Source of the DNA: an uncultured Phycisphaerales bacterium
GTDB lineage: Bacteria; Planctomycetota; Phycisphaerae; Tepidisphaerales; Tepidisphaeraceae
DNA: 64,000 nucleotides
Assembly: GCA_963758525.1 (NCBI GenBank)
Contig: CAVWVQ010000004.1
Span: 109,993-173,992, forward strand
Direction of reading: 5' to 3'
The notes under the pieces: generated by a model
The model's input: the letters and a program-made list of their open reading frames with translations, nothing else
Database searches by the model: none
Told to the model about the DNA's origin: nothing
Shown here: positions 42,107-52,410 of the stretch, piece after piece
Position numbering within the stretch: position 1 is the stretch's first letter
How the letters are laid out: each line of letters starts with the position of its first letter
Position numbers and translations under genes: made by a program

Positions 42107-44643
42107 TCCGGCTGGCGCTGCAACTGGCACGCGGACACTTTCGCAAGCACCTGCTGGAGGCGGCGCTATGCGTCATCGGCGTGGCGCTGGGAGTTGCGGT
42201 CGCAGTTGGCATCGACGGCGCGGTTTCGGCGAGCGTCGCCAGCTTTCGCGGGGCGGTGGAAAGCGTTTCAGGCAGCGCAACCCACAGCATTACCGCGACG
42301 ACCGGTGAGCTCACCGACGAACAATACATTGAGCTGGCCCGCTCCCATCACCCCTGGCCGATGACGCCCGTGATCGATCGCCGGGTCGCTGCCCTTGATG
42401 GCGACGGCGTGCCGCACGTGGTTCGACTGCTCGGCATCGATCCATTTGCTGACGATCAGATGCGTCCTTTCACCGTCTTTGATCGGAAGACGAATCCGTC
42501 CGCATTCCGCGCGTTTTACACCGAGCCCAACACCGTGGTCCTGGCAGACGAGTTGGCGGCGACGTTGCATGCGGGCGTTGGTTCGGAGGTTCGGGTGAAC
42601 GTCGGCAACCGGGTGCAGACGGTTCGAGTCGTGGCGATCGCGACGATCACCGGCCCGTTCCGATCGCAACTCGCAGACCTGGTGATCGCTGATCTGTCGA
42701 CGGCGCAGGAGTTGGTCAATGGCGTCGGTCAGATCGATCGGATCGATGTGCGTCTGGCCGCCGGTCAGGAAGCCGCGGCGGCGGCGAGTTTGCCAAGGGG
42801 GCTGGAGCTCCGCTCGGTTTCGGATCGTGCCGATCAACTCGAAGAGTTGATTGCGGCGTACAAGCTCAACCTCAATGCGCTGAGCCTGATGGCAAGCTTC
42901 GTCGCGATTTTCATCGTCTACAACGCCATGCTCGTTTCCGTGCAGCAGCGGATCAAGACGCTGGCGGTGTTGCGGTGTCTGGGAAGCTCGCGGTTGCAGC
43001 TTGGCGGGATTTACCTGATCGAGGCTGTCGCGTTTTCAGCCGCCGGGGCGGTGCTGGGAATTCTCGGCGGATGGGCGCTGTGCGCGGTGATGGTCGGCTA
43101 CGTGGGAGGAACCATCAACGAGCTGTATGCCGCGATTCGCCCGCCGGCGGCAACATTGAATAACGCCATGATCGTGAAAGGGGCGATCATCGCACTTGCC
43201 AGCGGTCTGGTCGGCGCGGCGATTCCGCTCTTTCTGGCGACGCGCACTCCGCCGATTACCAGTCTGCGGCCAAGCGCCCAGCGGAGCAACTCGCGCCGCG
43301 CGGCGTGGCTGCTCCTGCCGGTCGGCGCTGCGTGCCTGTTGCTGGCGCTGCTGCTCGACCGCGTGCCGGGCGATTCACCGCGCGTCGGGTTCGGCATGGC
43401 GCTGCTGACGGCGCTCGGCTTTGCGATGCTCTGTCCGATCGCGACCTGGTGGGTTGCGTCGATCATCGGTGGCGCGGGCCGGGCGCTGCGCGTAGTATCC
43501 GTGCAGATGGCGGCGGCGAGCGTTGCCCACGGCTTGCGCGTGACGGGCGTCGCGGTCGCCGCGATGATGCTCGCGATGGCGATGAACGTCGCGCTGCTGA
43601 CGATGGTCGCGTCGTTTCGCTCGGCGGTGATGCAGTGGCTCGATCAGCGATTTCGATCGGACGTTTTCATTGGTCCGGAGCTGCAGATCGACTATCGCAT
43701 TGATTCCATGCTCGATCCGCGGGTGATCCGTTGGGTGGAGCAGCAGCCGGAAACGGCAGAGCGATTGCTGTACCGCAAGCGGCCGCTCGAGCTGGACGGC
43801 GTCTCGACGAGCCTGGTGTGCACCGAAGTACCGACGCTGCTCGAACGCGGAATGCTGCCGTTCCGGTCTCCGCCGCCGCCAGGCGAGAGATTCGATCCGC
43901 GCCACGATCTGCTGCTGAGCGAACCGCTGGCGGGGAAAATCAAGGCCCGCCGTGGCGAGATGATTACGCTCGACACGCCCAGCGGCCCGGCGCGATTCAA
44001 GGTCTTCGCAGTTTACTTCGACTTTGCTTCCGATCGCGGCGAGGCGTTGCTCGATCGCTCTGAATATGCGCGGCTGTGGAAGGACGAGCGCGTCGACGCG
44101 ATCCACGTGCGGCTGCGCGATCCCGCCGCGGTGCATGAGGTGGTGACGCGGTGGGCCGCTGAGTTGGAGCCAAACTATCCGGTGCTGGTTCACGATTATG
44201 CGCACGTGAAGGGAGAGACAGTCAAAATCTTCGATCGCACGTTTCGCGTGACCGATGTCCTTGGCTGGATGGCAGGCGGCGTTGCCTTCTGCGGGTTGGC
44301 GGGCGCATTGCTTTCGCTTTCGATGGCCCGGCAGCGCGAGTATGGAGTGCTCTCCGCCATCGGAATGTCGGGATCGCAGACCGCGCTGTGGGTTGCGTTC
44401 GAGGGCATCATCATCGCCCTTGTCGCGGCGATGCTCGCGTCAGCCGCGGGCACGGCATTGGCGTATCTGCTCGCATACGTCATTCAATATCGCTCGTTCG
44501 GCTGGAGCATCCCGATGCAGGTTCAGCCCCGGCTGTGGGGCGAGGCGTTGAGCTGGTCGCTGGTTGCCGCGGTGCTGGCCGCCGTGTATCCGATCTATCG
44601 GCTGCGCCGCGACCCGCCGGCGCGGAGCTTGAGGCAGGAGTAA
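42103..44643 (+). CDS. Double FtsX-domain ABC permease (AttF/G-like)
   Basis: IGVALGVAVAVGI, LAVLRCLG and REYGVLSAIG repeats, VIQYRSFGWSI. GTGA overlap with the ATPase gene. Confidence 0.92.
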   Translation: MIRLALQLARGHFRKHLLEAALCVIGVALGVAVAVGIDGAVSASVASFRGAVESVSGSATHSITATTGELTDEQYIELARSHHPWPMTPVIDRRVAALDGDGVPHVVRLLGIDPFADDQMRPFTVFDRKTNPSAFRAFYTEPNTVVLADELAATLHAGVGSEVRVNVGNRVQTVRVVAIATITGPFRSQLADLVIADLSTAQELVNGVGQIDRIDVRLAAGQEAAAAASLPRGLELRSVSDRADQLEELIAAYKLNLNALSLMASFVAIFIVYNAMLVSVQQRIKTLAVLRCLGSSRLQLGGIYLIEAVAFSAAGAVLGILGGWALCAVMVGYVGGTINELYAAIRPPAATLNNAMIVKGAIIALASGLVGAAIPLFLATRTPPITSLRPSAQRSNSRRAAWLLLPVGAACLLLALLLDRVPGDSPRVGFGMALLTALGFAMLCPIATWWVASIIGGAGRALRVVSVQMAAASVAHGLRVTGVAVAAMMLAMAMNVALLTMVASFRSAVMQWLDQRFRSDVFIGPELQIDYRIDSMLDPRVIRWVEQQPETAERLLYRKRPLELDGVSTSLVCTEVPTLLERGMLPFRSPPPPGERFDPRHDLLLSEPLAGKIKARRGEMITLDTPSGPARFKVFAVYFDFASDRGEALLDRSEYARLWKDERVDAIHVRLRDPAAVHEVVTRWAAELEPNYPVLVHDYAHVKGETVKIFDRTFRVTDVLGWMAGGVAFCGLAGALLSLSMARQREYGVLSAIGMSGSQTALWVAFEGIIIALVAAMLASAAGTALAYLLAYVIQYRSFGWSIPMQVQPRLWGEALSWSLVAAVLAAVYPIYRLRRDPPARSLRQE

Positions 44644-44652
44644 TATCAATTG

Positions 44653-45859
44653 ATGCAGCTCGCAAGCTTCCGATATGCATTCCTGAATGAACGTGCGCGA
44701 TTACGCGCACGTGCGAGCAGAATGCTGCCCTTAGGGCAGCCGCTAAGCGGTTTTTGGAAGCGCGTAATCGTGCAAGGTCAACTAGTCATGCTGACCACTG
44801 CCTTGGTCTGCGCCGGTCTGGGCGCGACCGGCGCCGGCGAGGGATTCAAGGAAGCGCTCAAGCCACGCGCGTGGTCCTTCCCGCGCGACCATGGCCGCCA
44901 TGACGGCTTCCGCACGGAATGGTGGTATTTCACCGGAAATCTCAGCACTCCCGATCATCGGCCCTTCGGGTTTGAACTGACATTTTTCCGTACGTCGTTG
45001 GCGCCATCCGCAGAGCACCGCGCCAGCAAATGGGCGACGACCGATCTGTATTTCGCTCATGCGCACGTTGCCGACATTCTGGCAAAACGGTATGTCGTCG
45101 CCGATGAAAGTTCCCGCGCCCGCCAGGGCTTGGCGATGGCGTCCGATCGCGGCCTGGATGTTGCCCTGCTCGATTGGTCCGCGCCAGAGCGACGACGGAG
45201 TGATCCATTTGCGCGCCACTGGTGACGACTGCGCCCTCTCGCTCGACTGCACCATCGAGCGCGGCCCAATCTTCCAGGGGCCTGGCGGCTTGAGCGGGAA
45301 AGGCCATGAAACAGGCCAAGCGTCGTACTACTACTCCTTCACACGACTCCGCACCAAAGGCACGCTCACCGTCTCCGGCCAGTCATATCCGGTCGAAGGT
45401 CTGAGCTGGATGGATCACGAGTTCTCCAGCAATCAACTGTCCAAGGGTCAGGTTGGCTGGGACTGGATGTGCCTGCAACTGGACAACGGCACCGATCTGA
45501 TGATCTACCGCATGCGCGACGCCGCCGGTAAATCGGATTTTGCGTTTGCGACGGAGGTCACGCCGGATGGAAAAACGCGTTACATCTCCGGCAGCGAGAT
45601 CGATCTTCGCGGTTCCGATCCATGGAAGAGTGCCGCATCCGGCGGAGCATATCCGCAACGCTGGGAGGTCCGGATCGCCGGGCTGCAGCCGATGGTCGTC
45701 AAGACGCGATTTGAGGATCAGGAGTTGCGGCCCGTTCGTTCGCCGAAAGTGATTTATTATGAAGGTGCGGCGGAGGCGTTCGATGCCGCGGGTCATCACC
45801 TGGGGCTGGGGTATCTGGAAATGACTGGGTATGCGGAGTCGCTGGGGGGATCTTTTTGA
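44653..45859 (+). CDS. AttH/CrtC-like lipocalin-fold protein (frameshift near 45185; start 44653 or 44788)
   Basis: FPRDHG.H..FRTEWWYFTGNL, ASYYYSFTR, WMDHEFSS, GWDWMCLQL, YYEGA, GYLEMTGY. Confidence 0.88.
44680..44765. repeat. Dispersed ~85-nt repeat, family D (GCTGCCC..GGGCAGCCGCTAA)
   Basis: Closely matches the reverse complement of 56959-57044. Confidence 0.85.
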
Positions 45860-45890
45860 ATCCGCACGTTGATCGAAGGGGACAACAGCG

Positions 45891-46489
45891 ATGCAACCGC
45901 ATCCGGATTATAAGTCGATTCGTGACGCCGTCCGCCGGCTGCTTCCAGCCGCGAGCGCATACCGGGGCATTTGTATCGAGCTACCGATCCGCTCTACGCA
46001 AACATCCGGGATCTGTTGACAGGCGAAGGAAGTCGGAGGTACGGCGGCCGATGAAACTCGCCGGGCGGTGCGGCGACGGTCTATCTTGCGCAGCGCATTG
46101 ACGGCGCCATTGCAGAAGCATTTGGTATTCCGAAGCATTTCGGATTCGATCCCGCGAAGCGACTTCCGCTCACACTTGTTGCGATCGACTCGGTGCTCGA
46201 TGTCGTCGTTGATCTAACAGACGCTGGTCTTCGCAAGCGCATCCGCGTTACAAACGCCGCCCTGGTGAACTGCGATTGGCGAGGCGAGAATGTGCTGAAT
46301 CGCGAATCCCTTACACAGGCTTTAGGCCGCGCCGCATTCGGGTTAGGGGCAGAGGGGATGATCGTGCCCTCGGCGGTAAGGCGGGCGTTTAAGAATCTCA
46401 ACGTATTTCCCGCGAATTTGGCCAGCACAAGCTCGCTGAAAATTGTGGGGGCGGAGAGACTCCCGGCGCCATCGAAACGCGATTCTTGA
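45891..46489 (+). pseudogene. RES-domain toxin with frameshift (~45974) and in-frame TGA (46052)
   Basis: MQPHPDY...GIC / YRATDPLYAN..LLTGEGSRRYGGR*NSPG..TVYLA...AIAEA ...TQALG...EGMIVPSA..NLNVFP. Confidence 0.8.
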
Positions 46490-46569
46490 AAGAGCATGTG
46501 CGATTTTCTGCAACCTCCAAGAAGTTCTTCGTGAAGAAGTTCTTGACCACCTGATGCTTTGAGCCGATA

Positions 46570-46989
46570 ATGCTCTCGGCAGGATTGCGAATGCGAACCA
46601 CTCTTAGACCACGCTGGCACAAAGATCGTCGCGGCATCGCGGGAGGAGCCAAGTCGCTGCTTCCTGTTCATTCAGTTCAGTCGTTGCGGGCTGGACTGGC
46701 GATGCCTCGATCGCAATTCGCGCGACTGGTTGGCCGTACCGAACGAGCGGTGATCGACTGGGAAGCAGGTAAAGCCAAACCGCAAGGGCTCAGCCAGCAG
46801 CGAATTCACGAGCTGGGACGGCTCCTCGAAGCGCTGCGAGCCCTGTTCCCAGCAGAAGCGCTGGGCACATGGTTCGGCACTCCAAATCCGGCCTTTGGCG
46901 GCCTCAAACCTACCGAGGTGATTGAGCGCGGCGAGATCGACCGTCTCTGGCAGATGATCTTTGAACTCCAGACCGCAGCCCATGTTTGA
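46570..46989 (+). CDS. Xre HTH + MbcA/ParS C-terminal antitoxin
   Basis: QFARLVGRTERAVIDWEAG (HTH); WFGTPNPAFGGLKPTEVI. Confidence 0.88.
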   Translation: MLSAGLRMRTTLRPRWHKDRRGIAGGAKSLLPVHSVQSLRAGLAMPRSQFARLVGRTERAVIDWEAGKAKPQGLSQQRIHELGRLLEALRALFPAEALGTWFGTPNPAFGGLKPTEVIERGEIDRLWQMIFELQTAAHV

Positions 46990-46992
46990 CCG

Positions 46993-48243
46993 CTACCCCT
47001 TCACCACCCGCACCCCCGTCCCCTCCGGCTGCTGATACGGTCCGGGATCGTCATAGCTGGTGATGTTGTCCCGCACCTTGAGCATCGTAAACATCCCCCC
47101 CATCGCGATCGGCCCAAACTGACCTTGGCCGCTCATCATTGGCAGTGTGTTCTTCGGCAGCTTCATCCGCATCTGGGCCATGTCCCCCATGCCTTCGCTG
47201 CCCATCTGCATGTAGCCGGGAACGAGACGATCGACTTTTGACGAGATCCCCTTTTGATCGACGCCGACCAGGTTGGGCACGTCGTGGGACATGGCATTCA
47301 TCGTGTGATGATTCTTGTGACAGTGAAATGCCCAGTCGCCGGGGTTGTCGGCGACGAATTCCACATCGCGCGTGGAGCCAGGCGGAACGTCGACGGTGGC
47401 ACTGCGCCACCAGGCGGATTCGGGGATCTGGCCGGCGTCGGTGCCGGTGACCCACCAGTGATGGCCGTGGAAATGAATGGGGTGATTGTCCATGCTGAGA
47501 TTGGCGAAGCGGACGCGCACGCGGTCGCCGATGCGGGCGACGAGCGGATCGGTGCCGGGCCAGACGCGGCTGTTGAATGTGAAGAGATTGAAGTCTGTCA
47601 TGATGATCGGATTGGGCGTGGCCGACCCGGGCTCGATTGCCCATTCCTGCAGAAAGATGCAGAAATCCCGATCGATCTTCCTGGGGGCGGTTCTGGGATG
47701 AATGACGAAGAATCCCTGCATGCCCATCGCCATCTGCATCATTTCGTCAAAATGCGGATGGTACATCTGCGTGCCGTTCTGCTTGAGCGTGAACTCATAG
47801 ACAAAGGTTTCCTCGGGCTTGATCGGCCTTTGCGTGACTCCGGAGACTCCGTCCATGCCGTTGGGCAGGATCAAGCCGTGCCAATGGACAGTGGTGGGTT
47901 CAGGGAGATGGTTGGTGACGAAAATGCGCACAGTGTCACCTTCGACGGCTTCAATTGTTGGGCCGGGCGTCTGGCCGTTGTATCCCCAGCAGTTGGCGAT
48001 CATGCCGGGGGAAAACTCCCGCTTCACCGGCTCGGCAACGAGACGAAATACTTTCACGCCTCCGTCGGTCTCGAAGGGAAGCGTCGATCCGTTGGGCGTG
48101 ATGACGGGTTGATAATTTCCGCCCGGTGCGGCGGGCTGCCTTGCAGCAGCGGTGGACGAAATCGTCGCCCCCTTTGCCAACCTAGTTGCTCCCCCCGCCA
48201 GGGCCGCGGCCCCGCAGACAATCGCTTCACGTCGAGTAATCAT
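46993..48243 (-). CDS. Tat-exported two-domain multicopper oxidase
   Basis: TRRE twin-arginine signal, HWHG, MYHPH, HPIHFHGH, HCHKNHH, Met-rich C-terminus. Confidence 0.93.
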   Translation of the reverse strand: MITRREAIVCGAAALAGGATRLAKGATISSTAAARQPAAPGGNYQPVITPNGSTLPFETDGGVKVFRLVAEPVKREFSPGMIANCWGYNGQTPGPTIEAVEGDTVRIFVTNHLPEPTTVHWHGLILPNGMDGVSGVTQRPIKPEETFVYEFTLKQNGTQMYHPHFDEMMQMAMGMQGFFVIHPRTAPRKIDRDFCIFLQEWAIEPGSATPNPIIMTDFNLFTFNSRVWPGTDPLVARIGDRVRVRFANLSMDNHPIHFHGHHWWVTGTDAGQIPESAWWRSATVDVPPGSTRDVEFVADNPGDWAFHCHKNHHTMNAMSHDVPNLVGVDQKGISSKVDRLVPGYMQMGSEGMGDMAQMRMKLPKNTLPMMSGQGQFGPIAMGGMFTMLKVRDNITSYDDPGPYQQPEGTGVRVVKG

Positions 48244-49637
48244 TTTGAATCTCCCGTGGGTTGAGCTTGGGCGGCGGCTGACAACCTGCCTCCGACCGCG
48301 CGCTCCAACTGCGTGCGGGCGATCCAGTAGTCGCGGCACGCCTCGACATAGGCGCGATTCGCTTCCGCTTCGTTCTGGCGAACCATCAGCAGATCGTAAG
48401 TTCCCTTGAGCATTCCGTTGTATTGTTCGAGCGTGAGGTCCACGATGTGGCGTCGCTGATGCAGCATCGCATTCGTCGCCGTGACCATTGCTCGGAGTGA
48501 AAGCATTCGATCCTGCGCCTCGCGGACCTGGGATGTTGCGTCAACGGCGACGGCCATGCAGCGATCCTGCGCCGCGCGAAGCTGCGCCTCCGCCCGGCTC
48601 ACGCGCTCCTGTCCCTGATCGAAAATCGGAATCTGCAGCGAGAGGGTCGGCCCCGTGACGCGCTGGCCGTCGGGGGTGCGCTCCGTATCGACGCCAAACT
48701 GCACAGCGGCGAAATATCGGAAGCCCCGCGTGACCGACACCGCCTGCTCCAGTGACGCGAGTTCAACGCGTGCCGCCTGGAGATCCAGCCGTTCGTGAAG
48801 GGCGCGCTGCTCCAGTTGCGCGGTCTCCATTTCACGGGGCGGAAGCTGAGGAAGACCTGGCACCAGGGTCCAGCCTGTCTGCGCGAGGTCCAGGCCCATG
48901 AGCCGATTCAGTTGCTCGCGGTCGGCGTCGAGCTGCTGACCTGCCGTCGCCACATCCAGCCGGGACTGCGCAGCCAGCATCTGCTGATTGGCCAGTCCGA
49001 GTTCATCGATCGTGCCGGCATCAAACTGCCGTTGCGACAGCTCCGCCGCGGTCTGGTTCGATTCAGAGATGATTCGCAGTCGATCGAGCAACTGTTCGCG
49101 CGCTTGCATGGTATATGCCGCGATCTTCACATCAGCGGCCAATTGCACGACATGATCGGCCACCATGAGCTTCGCATGCTCAAAGTCAGCTGCCGCCACC
49201 TTTCTGCGAAGCGGCAGGATGAGCAGATCGAGAAAATCCTGCTCGACCGAAAGCTCGGTATCGGTTCCATGTGGCGCTTGGTCGGGCAGACGGAAGCTGG
49301 CAAAAAAGACCGGATTGTGCAGAAGCCCCGCCTGCACCAGGTCTGCTTGGGAAATTGCCAGATCCTCGAGAACCGCCTGCAGCGAACGATTGTTCAGCAG
49401 CGCAATCTCCACGGCCGCATCGACGGTGATCGGGCGCGCCAGCAGAGCGTTCACCGCCGCTTTCGCTCGATCATCCCCAATCGTCCGGCCGCGCCATTCC
49501 AACGTTTGGCCGATGCGCAGCGTTGTCATGCGCTGAACGCTCTCAAAGCCCGTATCCGGGTGCGGCGAAAAGCACCCGCAAAGCGCAGGGATGAAGCTGA
49601 GTAGCAGGAAGCTCGGCGGCTGCACAGGGAAGCTCAT
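48240..49637 (-). CDS. TolC-family outer membrane lipoprotein (copper-resistance associated)
   Basis: LCGC lipobox, AVEIALLNNRSLQA, LVQAGLLHNP, LQIPIFDQG, DYWIARTQLERAVGG. ATGA overlap with the oxidase gene. Confidence 0.9.
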   Translation of the reverse strand: MSFPVQPPSFLLLSFIPALCGCFSPHPDTGFESVQRMTTLRIGQTLEWRGRTIGDDRAKAAVNALLARPITVDAAVEIALLNNRSLQAVLEDLAISQADLVQAGLLHNPVFFASFRLPDQAPHGTDTELSVEQDFLDLLILPLRRKVAAADFEHAKLMVADHVVQLAADVKIAAYTMQAREQLLDRLRIISESNQTAAELSQRQFDAGTIDELGLANQQMLAAQSRLDVATAGQQLDADREQLNRLMGLDLAQTGWTLVPGLPQLPPREMETAQLEQRALHERLDLQAARVELASLEQAVSVTRGFRYFAAVQFGVDTERTPDGQRVTGPTLSLQIPIFDQGQERVSRAEAQLRAAQDRCMAVAVDATSQVREAQDRMLSLRAMVTATNAMLHQRRHIVDLTLEQYNGMLKGTYDLLMVRQNEAEANRAYVEACRDYWIARTQLERAVGGRLSAAAQAQPTGDSK

Positions 49638-49668
49638 GAGTTTGCGCGCTTGCCACAAATAAGCCATC

Positions 49669-50841
49669 TCACGGTGCGCGGAACGAAGACGACATGTCGG
49701 CGGGTGCTCGCTCCACCGTTTTGAGTTTCTTCTTCCCGCCATAGCGCGCGGTCATGTCAGCGATAAATCGATCGAACGCGTCCGCGTCGAGGGGCATATC
49801 GACTGCGGTTCGCGTCAATCCGGCCATCTGCATGGCGTTGCCCAATTCCAATGCAATCGCGCCGTCCTCGCCGGGGGCGATCAACGCTTCGCCGTGCAGA
49901 ATCGCGTTCACGAAGTTCTGCGTGATGATCTGATGCCCCTCGCTGGAACCCGCGGGGATCGGCACATCGCGAACCGTCGTCTTGATCTGCGCGAACGGCT
50001 CGGGGCTGGTTTCGCGCACTTCGCGCACGCTCTGGGCGGTTTCGTGAAAGAGAATCTTGCCGTTCTCCGCGATGAGCTTCCCGCGATCGCCGCAGATCTC
50101 CAGGCGGTTGGTGCCTGGTGCTTCGCCGGTGGTGGTCACAAAATGACCGATGGCGCCATTGGGATATTCGAGAATGGCGCTGACTTCATCCTCGACTTCA
50201 ATGGGATGGGTCTTGCCGATGGACGCGACCGCGGTCACGCGGCTGGGGCGCAGGCCGGTGATCCATTGAATCAGGTCCAGATTGTGAGGGCACTGGTTGA
50301 TCAGCACGCCGCCCCCTTCTCCGGCCCAGGTGGCGCGCCATCCGCCGGAGGCGTAATACGCCCAGGTCCTGAACCAGTCGGTGACGAGCCAGCTGATGCG
50401 GGAGATCTCCCCGAGTGATCCCTTCGACAGCATTTCACGCAGCGTACGGTAGAGCGGCATGGTGCGCTGCTGAAACATGACGCCGAATGTCAGTTGCGGG
50501 TGGGCCGCGGCCGCCGCGTTGACGCGGCGCGCGTCTCGAATGGTCACCGCAATCGGCTTCTCGCAGAGCACATGCACTCCCGCGTCCAACGCGGCAATGG
50601 CAATTTCCGCATGCTGCATGTGCGGCGTTGCGATGAGCAGCGCGTCGATGGAGCCCGATGAAAAAAGCTCCGCGGCCGACGTGAATCCCGGCACGGAGAA
50701 CTTTTGTGATGCCAAGTCGGTTTCTTTCGGGAACGGCGAGCAAACGGCCGCGAGCTGCGCGTTGGAGATTCCACCCAGGGCTTTCGCATGGAAAGAGCCC
50801 ATGTTTCCCAGGCCGATGACTCCAAAGCGAACAGTATCCAA
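49669..50841 (-). CDS. Gfo/Idh/MocA family oxidoreductase
   Basis: GVIGLGNMG, IATPH, HVLCEKP, WRATWAGEGGGVLINQCPHNLD, VED. Confidence 0.93.
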   Translation of the reverse strand: MDTVRFGVIGLGNMGSFHAKALGGISNAQLAAVCSPFPKETDLASQKFSVPGFTSAAELFSSGSIDALLIATPHMQHAEIAIAALDAGVHVLCEKPIAVTIRDARRVNAAAAAHPQLTFGVMFQQRTMPLYRTLREMLSKGSLGEISRISWLVTDWFRTWAYYASGGWRATWAGEGGGVLINQCPHNLDLIQWITGLRPSRVTAVASIGKTHPIEVEDEVSAILEYPNGAIGHFVTTTGEAPGTNRLEICGDRGKLIAENGKILFHETAQSVREVRETSPEPFAQIKTTVRDVPIPAGSSEGHQIITQNFVNAILHGEALIAPGEDGAIALELGNAMQMAGLTRTAVDMPLDADAFDRFIADMTARYGGKKKLKTVERAPADMSSSFRAP

Positions 50842-51003
50842 TCTCGAGCCCTCTGGTTGCGGAGGCGAGCTATCTGAATAAGGCGGCATCCCATCGAAGT
50901 CAATTCGGAGCCGTTTGACCGGGGGCGGCAGGCGAGTTATCACACCACGGCACCACACAGACGCGAAGAGCCCGTGGCGTTGCCACCGAGGAACACACGA
51001 TTG

Positions 51004-52104
51004 ATGAAAGAAGCCGATTCACTGGACAACAATACGGAGCAATCGCAGGAGACGGCCCAGCCTGCGCATGCGGTCGATCGCTCCGAGTTGGATGCCGTTC
51101 ACGCGGCCGCCAGCAGCCTCCTGGAGGCGCTCAAACAGGTGCCCGACGGGGATATCGTCGGCGAGATTGTCGCCAACGCGCTGAAACTGCTGCGCGATCA
51201 GACCAATCGCGGCGACGTCAAGCTGATCGACAAGTCGTTCAAGGAGCTGCGATACGCGCTGAAGGTGTTCGCCCCTTACCGCGACGTGCGGAAAGTGAGC
51301 ATTTTCGGCTCGGCGCGCACATCGGAAAAGGCCCAGGAATATTCCCAGGCAGCGGAATTCGGCCGCGCAATGGCCCAGGCCGGGTGGATGGTCATCACCG
51401 GCGCGGGCGGCGGGATCATGGCCGCCGGGCATGGCGGCGCCGGCGCCGAGCCGTCGTTCGGGCTCGCAATCCGGCTGCCGTTTGAGCAGGCGACCAATGC
51501 CTTCATCGCACATGATCCGAAGCTGATCAACTTCAAGTATTTCTTCACGCGCAAGCTGATGTTCGTACGATCCAGCCACGCGATCGCTTTGTTCCCCGGC
51601 GGCTTCGGAACGCTGGACGAAGGATTCGAGGTGCTCACGCTCGTTCAGACGGGCAAATCAGTGCCGATCCCCATCGTCCTGATCGACTACCCCGGCGGTG
51701 ACTACTGGGCCACGTGGGAAGATTACGTCAACACGCAACTGTTGGGCCGCGGATTGATCTCCCCCGACGACCGCCGGCTCTACAAAATCACCACCAGTGT
51801 TGAAGATGCGGTCCGCGAGGTCCGCCAATTCTATGCGAATTATCACAGCCTCCGATATGTGCGCGATCAGCTGATTCTCCGCCTGCAACGAGCGCCGACG
51901 GAAACGCAGCTCGAGGAGATCTCCCGGAAATTTGCCGGAATCTCGGTTCGGGGCGGCTTTCGCGTCAGTCCGGCGCTGCCCGCGGAGCGAGACGAGCCCG
52001 CATTGGCGCATTTGACGCGACTGGTCTTTACCTTTAACCGGCGCGACCACGGGCAGCTGCGCATCCTGATCGACTATCTCAACAACCTCCCACCATCCAC
52101 TTGA
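51004..52104 (+). CDS. LOG family (phosphoribohydrolase-like) protein
   Basis: SIFGSAR, ITGAGGGIM, FKYFFTRK, PGGFGTLDE. Confidence 0.93.
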   Translation: MKEADSLDNNTEQSQETAQPAHAVDRSELDAVHAAASSLLEALKQVPDGDIVGEIVANALKLLRDQTNRGDVKLIDKSFKELRYALKVFAPYRDVRKVSIFGSARTSEKAQEYSQAAEFGRAMAQAGWMVITGAGGGIMAAGHGGAGAEPSFGLAIRLPFEQATNAFIAHDPKLINFKYFFTRKLMFVRSSHAIALFPGGFGTLDEGFEVLTLVQTGKSVPIPIVLIDYPGGDYWATWEDYVNTQLLGRGLISPDDRRLYKITTSVEDAVREVRQFYANYHSLRYVRDQLILRLQRAPTETQLEEISRKFAGISVRGGFRVSPALPAERDEPALAHLTRLVFTFNRRDHGQLRILIDYLNNLPPST

Positions 52105-52410
52105 CCGACGTAACCAATTCGGGGAAAGATCGCCTCATGCTCGCTGCGTCGATATCGAACAGTCTGCTGCTGGAGCTCGCACGCTGGGGATCGTCGCGCT
52201 GCTCGCCATCGTCGCGCTGATTTGGTGGATCCGTCGCAACGCCTGAGAGCAGAGCTTGGTTCAGCTCGGACGGCGGGCTGATCGGTGGATTTCTGCTTGG
52301 ATGGGGGTTTTCCTGATCAAAGCGCAGAGCTCGCTTTTGCAATAATTGTCTCAGATTGCTATTCTGAAAGACGTATTGATTTTGCGGGCTTTTCCGAATG
52401 TGAGGTTCCG

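Noticed and set aside
46052..46054. TGA recoded as Trp or Sec
   Set aside because: TGA terminates many genes in this window and Trp is encoded by TGG elsewhere. The position is a Trp site, not a Cys site.
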